Source of the DNA: a bacterium
Lineage (GTDB): Bacteria; Fidelibacterota; Marinisomatia; Marinisomatales; UBA1611
Assembly (NCBI GenBank): GCA_038127595.1
Contig: JAYPIC010000024.1
Location: 1-24,535 of the forward strand
Direction of reading: 5' to 3'
DNA length: 24,535 nucleotides
The position numbers and the translations under genes were made by a program. A model generated the notes under the pieces. It was not told the DNA's origin. It was given only the letters and a program-made list of their open reading frames with translations, and ran no database searches. Below, piece by piece: positions 15,619 to 23,685 of the stretch. Numbering within the stretch: the stretch's first letter is position 1; the number at the start of each line of letters is the position of its first letter.

Positions 15619-18297
15619 GTGAAAATAAAGACTGCCCTAATATTTTTATCTCTGAAATGTTTTATTTTTTCTGAAACGCTATATGTCCCAGAAAATTATT
15701 CCACAATACAGCTCGCAATTAATGCTTCTTTAGACTTTGATACTGTATTAGTATCGCCTGGTTTTTATGAAGAGAACATCAATTACAATGGAAAAAATAT
15801 AGTTGTAACGTCAACTTATATTCAAGATCAAGACTCATCACTTATAGCACAGACAATAATTGATGGTGATCAAGATGGGTCGGTTGCTATTTTTGAAAAT
15901 AATGAAAATGGCGATGCCGTTTTGCAAGGATTTACTATTCAAAATGGTAATGGGTATTTTGCAGACCCTGATGGAAATGGGACTTTTTATACCTATGGTG
16001 GTGGTATCTATTGCCAGGATTCAGACCCGACGCTTAAAGATTTAGTTATAACAAATAATTCAGGTGATGAAGGCGGCGGTGGTGGAGTTTTTTTGTATGA
16101 GGCTTCACCAACTATCATTGGGTGCTTTATAACCAATAATACAACTGATGATGTGGGTGGTGGCCTTTACGCTAGGTTTTCAAGCGTATCCATTATTAAT
16201 ACAAAATTTATTGCAAATGAAGCTGATCTTGGTTCAGGCTGCTATCTAAGAAATGAGTCTATACCCACTATGACAAATGTGGATTTCATTTCGAATGTAG
16301 CGGCTAATTCCGGAGGAGGTGTTCTCCTTAAGGATAACGCAGATGCAGTGATGTATAATGTGAAAATCGTAAATAATCTTGCAGAAGGTTTAGGAGGTGG
16401 ACTTTACGTAAATAATGCTGACCCAAATCTTGATTTTGCACTTATTGCATTAAATACTTCCAGCGCAGGAGGCGGGGTTTACATTCGAAATAATTCTGAC
16501 CCTATTTTTAAAAACTTAACTGTAGCGTATAATTCTTCTGGCTTTGATGGCGGAGGTGTTTACCTTAGAGATGATTCAAATTTGCTGGTATCAAATAGTA
16601 TTTTTTGGGAAAATGGAGACTCTCAATTTTATTTTCGAGATAGTGGAGATGAGGTTGAACTAGACATATCTTACAGTTTGGTTCAAAATAATCAAGATGG
16701 TGTAGATGATAATGATAATGGTGATTTAAACTGGGGGCTTGGGATGCTTAGTGGTGATCCTTACTTTTGTAATGGTGAAGGAGGTGATTATACTGTCAGA
16801 GAAAATTCTAATGTTCTAAATGGAGGTTCTGATGGGGATCTAGTTGGATTTCTTGGAGTTGGTTGTGGTCCAATAAATACTGGACCAGTTTGGTATGTAA
16901 GTGAGCTAGGCAATGATTCAAGTGATGGATCCTTAGAAACTCCTCTAGCTACTATTCAGGCAGCAATAAATGCTAGTGCGAATGGAGATACTATCAGGCT
17001 TTTTGAAGGGGAATATATTGAGTTATTTGATTTTCAGTCTAAACAATTAGTTCTTGAATCGCGATCAGATGAACTCCAAGATAGTTTATTAGTAGAACAA
17101 ACTGTTATATCTGCCGGCCCCTTAGGAGGATCTTGTATAGAATTAATCGGAGTTGACGCAGCTAATGCTACTATCAAAAACCTAACATTTAGTGGGGGGC
17201 AAAGTCAAATTGGAGGAGGTGTTTATGTTGAGAATTCTACTCCAAAATTAGTTGGAATTATAATTAAAGGAAATTCTGCCGAAGTAGGCGGAGGGTTATA
17301 CATAAATCAATCAGACATAGAAGTGATAGATACAAAAATATACGATAATGGATCAAATTTTGGTGGTGGGATATATGCAACAGGCTCTGTTGTCAGGCTT
17401 AATAATGTTTCCATTGATAGCAATCTGGCTTATTGGGGTGCAGGTATATACTCTGAAGATTCTAATTTTGATATTGCAGATTCAGAACTACTGACTAATC
17501 AGGCTTTAATTGAAGGTGGCGCCATTTATCAAAATGGAAATAGCATTGTGCTAACTAAAACAGCTGTAACAAATAACACTGGATTAGATTTTGGTGGCGC
17601 TTTAGTATGTTATAACGGTTTACTAGATATTCAGGGTAGTACAGTTGCAGGAAATACAGCAAATTATGGCTCTGCGCTAAATATTCGAGAATCTGCAATT
17701 ATTATTAAAAACTCAATTTTTTGGGCAAATGGTGAAAATAGTTTTTATTCTGCTGCAGGAAATGAGTCAAGTATGGTGACAGTTGAGTATTCAAACTTTT
17801 ATGGGGGTGAAGAATATCTAAGTTTATCATCCAGTATCATTTTAAATTGGGGTTTTGGAAATTTTAACTCTGATCCAATGTTTTGCGCTCCTGGACAGGG
17901 TGATTTTACCCTCCAGGAAAATTCTTTTTGTTTAACTGCTAGTGACAGCTCAGGATTAATTGGGGCCTATGAACAAACTTGTATTGAACAATTAAACATA
18001 CTCAAATCTGATTTACCACAAAATTTCAGTTTGTTTCAAAATTATCCAAATCCTTTTAACCCCATCACTACGATTTCATTTAGAATTGATAAACTTCAGA
18101 AAATTAATCTATCGGTGTATAGCATAAATGGCGCATTAATTAAACAGCTCATCAATGACTACATTCCTGCAGGTATTCATAACATTGTTTGGAATGGCCT
18201 AGGTCAAAATGGTGCTATAGTTCCATCTGGGTTGTATATTTACAAGATAAGCTCATCTCAAAAATCCATCCAAAAAAAGATGGTTTTTGCTAAATAG
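15619..18297 (+). CDS. Secreted right-handed parallel beta-helix (pectin-lyase-like/PMP-like) protein with two modules and a C-terminal FlgD-Ig/T9SS-like domain
   Basis: GTG start and signal peptide; YVPENYSTIQLAIN; many N.A...GGG(I/V)Y repeats; second module WYVSELGNDSSDGSLETPLATIQAAIN; C-terminal QNYPNPFNP...WNG...SGLY...KKMVFAK. Confidence 0.85.
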   Translation: MKIKTALIFLSLKCFIFSETLYVPENYSTIQLAINASLDFDTVLVSPGFYEENINYNGKNIVVTSTYIQDQDSSLIAQTIIDGDQDGSVAIFENNENGDAVLQGFTIQNGNGYFADPDGNGTFYTYGGGIYCQDSDPTLKDLVITNNSGDEGGGGGVFLYEASPTIIGCFITNNTTDDVGGGLYARFSSVSIINTKFIANEADLGSGCYLRNESIPTMTNVDFISNVAANSGGGVLLKDNADAVMYNVKIVNNLAEGLGGGLYVNNADPNLDFALIALNTSSAGGGVYIRNNSDPIFKNLTVAYNSSGFDGGGVYLRDDSNLLVSNSIFWENGDSQFYFRDSGDEVELDISYSLVQNNQDGVDDNDNGDLNWGLGMLSGDPYFCNGEGGDYTVRENSNVLNGGSDGDLVGFLGVGCGPINTGPVWYVSELGNDSSDGSLETPLATIQAAINASANGDTIRLFEGEYIELFDFQSKQLVLESRSDELQDSLLVEQTVISAGPLGGSCIELIGVDAANATIKNLTFSGGQSQIGGGVYVENSTPKLVGIIIKGNSAEVGGGLYINQSDIEVIDTKIYDNGSNFGGGIYATGSVVRLNNVSIDSNLAYWGAGIYSEDSNFDIADSELLTNQALIEGGAIYQNGNSIVLTKTAVTNNTGLDFGGALVCYNGLLDIQGSTVAGNTANYGSALNIRESAIIIKNSIFWANGENSFYSAAGNESSMVTVEYSNFYGGEEYLSLSSSIILNWGFGNFNSDPMFCAPGQGDFTLQENSFCLTASDSSGLIGAYEQTCIEQLNILKSDLPQNFSLFQNYPNPFNPITTISFRIDKLQKINLSVYSINGALIKQLINDYIPAGIHNIVWNGLGQNGAIVPSGLYIYKISSSQKSIQKKMVFAK

Positions 18298-18381
18298 CTT
18301 TACTCTTCAGTACTTTTCCTAAAAAAATAAACTTTCCTCAAACTTTAAGTTGAGTTTATTGTTATATTTCAGCTTACCGTC

Positions 18382-19125
18382 ATGAATATGTTTAGTGTTA
18401 GAAATATAATTTTTTGGTATTCCTTGGTCAGTGGAGTATTGTTTTCAGCTGATTTAGAAGATTTTGCCAAAGACTGGGTGGGCTATGAGTCTTTATCTAG
18501 TCCTTCGCTAAATTATCAAGGTAGACAGATATATTTAGATGTTAGAAGCAATGCAGATGAAATGGAAAGTTTGGTTTATGCCTCAAATTCAGAGTTTATA
18601 TACAACGGTTATCTGGACTGGGCAGGTCACTTTTTAACGTATGATAAAGATTTAAATTACATATCATTTGGAAGGCGTTTTTACACGCCACTTGGTATCA
18701 TAGGCACGCAACAGCTAGAGTATAAAATTTTGGAGTTTGATGAAAATCGTCTTACTCTAGAGCATACATCTGCTGATAGCTCAACCATTCACACAATGAT
18801 TATTAGCGCCATAGCGCTATCTCTAGTTAATGATTATATGCCACAGTCTGTAAGTATTAAGGCTAATTACCCTAATCCGTTTAATCCAAGCACAACGATA
18901 CCCGTAAAAGTATCACAAAGCGATTACATGCAGATAAATATCTTTGACTCAAATGGGAAGCTGGTTAAAAAATTATTCAATGGTGAACTATCAATCGGGC
19001 AACATAGTTTTAGGTGGAATGGATTAAATGAGCACAATATATTGGTTGGCTCAGGTATTTATTTTTGTAAAATAATTAAAAACAATAATATTCTATCATC
19101 ACAAAAAATGGTTTTACTTAAATAG
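18382..19125 (+). CDS. Small secreted protein with a C-terminal FlgD-Ig/T9SS-like domain
   Basis: Signal peptide, ~130-aa beta-rich N-domain, then ANYPNPFNPSTTI...WNG...SGIYF...QKMVLLK. Confidence 0.8.
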   Translation: MNMFSVRNIIFWYSLVSGVLFSADLEDFAKDWVGYESLSSPSLNYQGRQIYLDVRSNADEMESLVYASNSEFIYNGYLDWAGHFLTYDKDLNYISFGRRFYTPLGIIGTQQLEYKILEFDENRLTLEHTSADSSTIHTMIISAIALSLVNDYMPQSVSIKANYPNPFNPSTTIPVKVSQSDYMQINIFDSNGKLVKKLFNGELSIGQHSFRWNGLNEHNILVGSGIYFCKIIKNNNILSSQKMVLLK

Positions 19126-19153
19126 CGCTCTAATATCATAATTGACTAGTACT

Positions 19154-22100
19154 ATGCAGCTATTTGTGAAAAAAACATTTTATTTAATTGTTCTTTTATC
19201 CCAAGCTACTGCTACTTGGCTAGAAAACATCCCACAAAAAATTACTCAATCAAACGGTCAAATAATTGAAATTTATGCTAGTGGAGATCAGTATTCACAT
19301 CGACTTCATGATGAAAATGATTACACAATTGTATTAAATCCTTACGATGGTGATTTCTATTATGCTACTAAAAGAGGTGAAGAAATCATTCCATCAGAGT
19401 TTAAAGCTGGATCAGTAGAGCCTAGCATGACAAGTTTGATTCCTGGCATTAAACTCAGTCAAGAACAATATTTAGAAAAAAAAGAATACTATGAACGTTA
19501 TATGTCGCATCGAAATGGGAGAGATGCTCCTACGTCTGGAACTATTGCACAGTTAAACGTGTTTATAAAGTTCGCTGACGATGGAAACTTTCCAAACCTA
19601 AGATCCTATTATGACATTCCGTTTAACTCAACTACAGAGGCATCAATACGAGATTATTTTTATGAAGTTTCTTATGGCACTTTAACTGTAGATACATATC
19701 ATTTTCCTCCAAGTATACTAGGTACAAACACATCATATACAGACAGCAGAAATAGAGGTTATTATAGCCCATATTCAGCTACAAACACTGAAGGCTATCA
19801 AACAGACGAGGAAAGAACCTTAAGGGAGCATACGCTTCTTAGAGATGCTGTTATCGCTATCCAAAATTCAGTTCCAGAAGATTTAAATATCGATGCCAAT
19901 AATGATGGTTATGTTGATGCGTTGTCCTTCAGTGTGTATGGTAACGTTGATGGATGGTCTGATCTGTTGTGGCCACACCGTTGGGCGCTTTATTCTTTTG
20001 ATGCATACATAAATGGTGCTAGAGTTTATGACTACACTTTCGAGCTAACTGAAAGTTCTTATTTCACTGCTGGAGTTTTGTGTCACGAGTTCTTCCATGT
20101 TTTAGGTGCGCCGGATTTATATCACTACAACAGCACCGGAGCCCCAGATGCTGTAGGTGGATGGGATCTAATGGAAAGTACATCCAACCCTCCTCAATAC
20201 ATGGGTGCCTTTTTAAAGTGGAAATACGGAGATTGGATTCCGGAAATCCCTGAAATTACATCAACAGGAACCTACACATTAAATCCTTTGCAAGAACCAG
20301 AAAATTCTTCTTATAAAATAGCTTCTCCAAATAGTGATACAGAATATTATGTTCTTGAATACAGAGTCAAAGAAGGAGCTTACGATTCAAATACGCCAGG
20401 CTCAAGGGACGGCCTGCTCGTTTATAGAATAAATACGGAAGCAGGAAACGGCAATGCACAAGGTCCTCCCGATGAAGTATATTTGTATAGACCGGGTGGA
20501 ACATTAACTTCGCAAGGCAGTTTTGTATCTGCACCTTACAACTCTTTGTGGTCACATACTGAACTTAATGATTTTACTAACCCAGAGCCTTTTCTTTACA
20601 ATAATGGCAACGGTGGTCCTGGAGGTTTAAACTTACTTAACGTGGGTGCTGGAGGCGAAACCATTACTTTTACTATCTCTATGGGCGCGCCAACAATTGA
20701 GCTTGACCAGTCGTCTATTCTTTTCGAAATGGCCCCTAACGAGTTTCAATCAAAAAATATCGTACTTTCAAATGGTGGAGATCTAGAAACGTTACTTATG
20801 TTTAATTTAAGTTCTGTCAGTCTGCCTTTTTCAAACCCTGTTTCTGGCCCAGATGGAGGAGGGTACTATTGGACGTCATCTGAAAATGATGATAATCTAG
20901 GCTTTAATTGGATTGACATTGAGAATTCTGGAACTCAGGTTCAGTTCCCTAATAATGACAGCTCACCTGATGCTATTCCGATTGGATTTAGTTTCCCATT
21001 TTTTGGTAATCAGTTTTCCGAATGTATAATTAACCCCAACGGATGGATCGGTTTCGGTCAAGATTTTTCGTTGTGGTCTAATATTGAAATCCCGAGTAAT
21101 GATGCTCCTAGGCCTGCGATATTTGCAATGTGGGATGATCTAAACCCTTTAAATGATAATAGCAATGCATCAGCAGCTGGAAATGTCTATTACTATTCTG
21201 ACATAGAAAGTCAAACTTTTATCATTTGGTTTGATAATGTGGTCACTTGGCAGGGGAATGCTGTTTCTGGAGAGTTTGATTTCCAGGTTGTTTTGCATCG
21301 GAATGGTGATTTTGAGCTCAATTACAATGAGATTATTGGTAGCCCAAGTTCAGCAACAATTGGATTCCAGAGCGGTAACGGAAGTGATGGCACACTCATT
21401 TCTTATAATGATGAAATAGTTGATAGTCAGCAGAGTATATTTATCTCTAAAGCTAGTCAGTCTGATTGGCTAATGGTTGGCACACAAACAGGAGAGATGA
21501 GTGGTCTTATCCCAGGAGGTCAATCATTCAATATTAGTGTAATGGCAAATTCAAATGGTTTGGATGTAGGGAGCTATTACAGCGATCTAGTCATATCCTC
21601 AGACCAAGTCGAGCCTGTGTCTATTCCAATTGAATTACAAGTTAGAGGTGAAGGCTCTTCGATTACTGTTCCTTTTATTGATATTGATAATTCTGAAACA
21701 GGTATTGTTGAGCTACCAAATTCAGTAAATCAAATGATATCATCCGTTTTTCAAAAGTATACTCATTTGGAAGTTTCTGGTGAAAATGTGATACCAATAC
21801 TGGCACAATCTGAGATTTTGGATCATCAAATACTGCATGTTAAGAAAATATTAAAAGAATATGTTACTGATGTGCCAAACACTTTATGGGGTAGTAACAA
21901 GGCAGCGTTAAAAAATGCTTTATCCATGAGTAACGCCTTTTTGATGCTTTTGAATGATGAAGAGGAATATGAAAATCCGGACCTGCAGATTCTCTTTGAA
22001 AATGGAGCTAAGGGGCAGGATGTATTAGGCACAGAAATTTTTCCGGAGGGTTCAGCCATTTACATGAATAGCTCTGAAAGGGATGCAACCTATGAGGAAG

Positions 22101-23122
22101 TATTACATTTTGTGCACAATTATGGTATAAAAAATTCATTTCCAGCAATGCAGACTGCTATTGACGTTGCAATGAGTGCAGCGATGTCAAACGGATACTA
22201 TGTACCATTATCTGATATTCCTGATGAAGATTATGATGATGAATACCTAGCTTTGTTAATGGAAGTTTATTTCGGTTTGTGGGCTCATGACCCTGAAGAA
22301 AATGGTTTTGCTGGTGGGAATGAGTATAGTTTTATAAACCGTGATGAGATGCTTATTGGTGACTCTCTTGGATCAAATATCATAATTGAGTTTTTAGGTG
22401 ATCGTTGGAGATACACTCCTGAATTACCTAGTTCATTCTCAGGGATATTTAGTCTCAGTTTTGACTCATCATTAGCGTATACAAACAGATCTCAATATCT
22501 TAAAAATATTAATTTAAACGGTGAAAACAATATTACCATTGTTGGAAATAATTTTTCCAATCGAATACATGGTAATAGTGGCGATAATATATTCACTGGC
22601 CTGGGTTTAGATGACTATTTTAATGGGGGTGAGGGCACAGACAGATTTGTATTTTTAGGTGACTACGATGAGTATGCTATTTTAGATGCGGCTGATTGGA
22701 ATGATTACATTATGAGCGTTGTAGATCTAATATCAAACAGAGATGGCAATGATACATTAGTTCAAGTTGAACAAATGAATTTTAACGGTACAGTATACAC
22801 AATTGGAGAAGAGCTAAATACAGCAATAGATAAATTTATACCTAATGAGTTTAAGTTATTTCCATCATATCCAAACCCTTTCAATTCTTCTACTACAATA
22901 AAGTTCAATACTCCAAAAAATTCATACATTAAATTGGTTGTAGTTGATTTGTTGGGAAGAAAAATTAGAACGCTTTATGATGGTGAAATTGCAAATGGCT
23001 CCCACGAAATTAAATGGGATGGATTAAACGATTATGGGAATCTTATTCCCTCAGGTGTTTATTTGATTCAGTTTATCAGCAAAGAATACTCATTTCAATA
23101 CAAAACAGTGTTAATTAAATGA
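19154..23122 (+). CDS. Multidomain secreted M6-family (immune inhibitor A-like) metalloprotease with a C-terminal FlgD-Ig/T9SS-like domain
   Basis: Likely start ATG 19154, in frame with TTG 19142. M6 motifs SIRDYFYEVSYG, LWPHRW, CHEFFHVLGAPDLY (20084-20098), WDLM and EYYVLEYR. A NIDO-like region (PIGFSFPFFG...NGWIGF...MWDDL), RTX-like repeats and SYPNPFNS...WDG...SGVY...YKTVLIK follow. Confidence 0.88.
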   Translation: MQLFVKKTFYLIVLLSQATATWLENIPQKITQSNGQIIEIYASGDQYSHRLHDENDYTIVLNPYDGDFYYATKRGEEIIPSEFKAGSVEPSMTSLIPGIKLSQEQYLEKKEYYERYMSHRNGRDAPTSGTIAQLNVFIKFADDGNFPNLRSYYDIPFNSTTEASIRDYFYEVSYGTLTVDTYHFPPSILGTNTSYTDSRNRGYYSPYSATNTEGYQTDEERTLREHTLLRDAVIAIQNSVPEDLNIDANNDGYVDALSFSVYGNVDGWSDLLWPHRWALYSFDAYINGARVYDYTFELTESSYFTAGVLCHEFFHVLGAPDLYHYNSTGAPDAVGGWDLMESTSNPPQYMGAFLKWKYGDWIPEIPEITSTGTYTLNPLQEPENSSYKIASPNSDTEYYVLEYRVKEGAYDSNTPGSRDGLLVYRINTEAGNGNAQGPPDEVYLYRPGGTLTSQGSFVSAPYNSLWSHTELNDFTNPEPFLYNNGNGGPGGLNLLNVGAGGETITFTISMGAPTIELDQSSILFEMAPNEFQSKNIVLSNGGDLETLLMFNLSSVSLPFSNPVSGPDGGGYYWTSSENDDNLGFNWIDIENSGTQVQFPNNDSSPDAIPIGFSFPFFGNQFSECIINPNGWIGFGQDFSLWSNIEIPSNDAPRPAIFAMWDDLNPLNDNSNASAAGNVYYYSDIESQTFIIWFDNVVTWQGNAVSGEFDFQVVLHRNGDFELNYNEIIGSPSSATIGFQSGNGSDGTLISYNDEIVDSQQSIFISKASQSDWLMVGTQTGEMSGLIPGGQSFNISVMANSNGLDVGSYYSDLVISSDQVEPVSIPIELQVRGEGSSITVPFIDIDNSETGIVELPNSVNQMISSVFQKYTHLEVSGENVIPILAQSEILDHQILHVKKILKEYVTDVPNTLWGSNKAALKNALSMSNAFLMLLNDEEEYENPDLQILFENGAKGQDVLGTEIFPEGSAIYMNSSERDATYEEVLHFVHNYGIKNSFPAMQTAIDVAMSAAMSNGYYVPLSDIPDEDYDDEYLALLMEVYFGLWAHDPEENGFAGGNEYSFINRDEMLIGDSLGSNIIIEFLGDRWRYTPELPSSFSGIFSLSFDSSLAYTNRSQYLKNINLNGENNITIVGNNFSNRIHGNSGDNIFTGLGLDDYFNGGEGTDRFVFLGDYDEYAILDAADWNDYIMSVVDLISNRDGNDTLVQVEQMNFNGTVYTIGEELNTAIDKFIPNEFKLFPSYPNPFNSSTTIKFNTPKNSYIKLVVVDLLGRKIRTLYDGEIANGSHEIKWDGLNDYGNLIPSGVYLIQFISKEYSFQYKTVLIK

Positions 23123-23263
23123 CAAGTTTTTTTGTGAGTGTTAACTGTTTGTTACGCGTTCTATATTTGGGTGAGATTTTTCATTGAAAGACTTTAACGT
23201 CATTTAGTTGAAATACATTTCTAATTTTTTTGATTTTTTAAACATTTACGATTAAATAAAAAT

Positions 23264-23268
23264 AGGAG
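23264..23268 (+). promoter_or_regulatory. Shine-Dalgarno sequence of the pilin gene
   Basis: AGGAG 7 nt upstream of ATG 23276; the strongest SD seen in the window. Confidence 0.7.
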
Positions 23269-23275
23269 ATTTTTT

Positions 23276-23683
23276 ATGAAAACCTTGAAAAAGATACAAC
23301 GCGGATTCACGATGATTGAAATTATGGTTGTTGTTGTGATTGTTGCTATTCTCGCTGCAATTGCATTGCCGATTTATCTAGATTACGTGCAGAGCTCTTA
23401 TGCCTCTGAAGCTCGTACTGTGATGTCAAATGTTCATAATGCAGCTAAAATGTATTATCAAACTAAGGGTGAATGGCCTGGGGATGTTGAACAGCTTGAA
23501 AGAGCGGGGCAATTAGATCTAGATAGATCTACAAAACTAAAGTGGACATTTGAACTCCAACTTCCTGATAGATTGAGTGCAACAAGTACTGAAGAAATGC
23601 AGGGAGGAGCTGGTAAGGTAGTATCTTTTGATGCTCTTACAGGTAAATTTACAGGATATGGATCTCCAGAAGAGAGCCAGTAG
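23276..23683 (+). CDS. pilA: Type IVa pilin (probable major pilin)
   Basis: Class III signal MKTLKKIQRG|FTMIEIMVVVVIVAILAAIALP with E5 and P22; strong SD; directly upstream of pilT. Confidence 0.85.
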   Translation: MKTLKKIQRGFTMIEIMVVVVIVAILAAIALPIYLDYVQSSYASEARTVMSNVHNAAKMYYQTKGEWPGDVEQLERAGQLDLDRSTKLKWTFELQLPDRLSATSTEEMQGGAGKVVSFDALTGKFTGYGSPEESQ

Positions 23684-23685
23684 CA

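Noticed and set aside
18337..18360. Weak hairpin CTC-A-AACTT-T-AAGTT-GAG as a terminator after the beta-helix gene
   Set aside because: The stem is AT-rich and bulged with an interrupted U-tract, too weak to call.
18016..23122. Repeated C-terminal domains as DGR template/variable repeats or a recent duplication
   Set aside because: Similarity is protein-level only, with no near-identical nucleotide repeats differing at adenines and no reverse transcriptase in the window.
2820..23169. TAnnTTT(G) elements (Bacteroidota-type -7 box) upstream of several genes, e.g. 2820, 3323, 6950, 18363, 23162
   Set aside because: Suggestive for an FCB-group organism, but such a short AT-rich word is expected roughly once per intergenic region by chance and properly spaced -33 elements were not evident.
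23123..23275. Sigma54 promoter or c-di-GMP riboswitch upstream of pilA
   Set aside because: No TGGCAC-N5-TTGC element and no GEMM-type motif; only short AT-rich palindromes.
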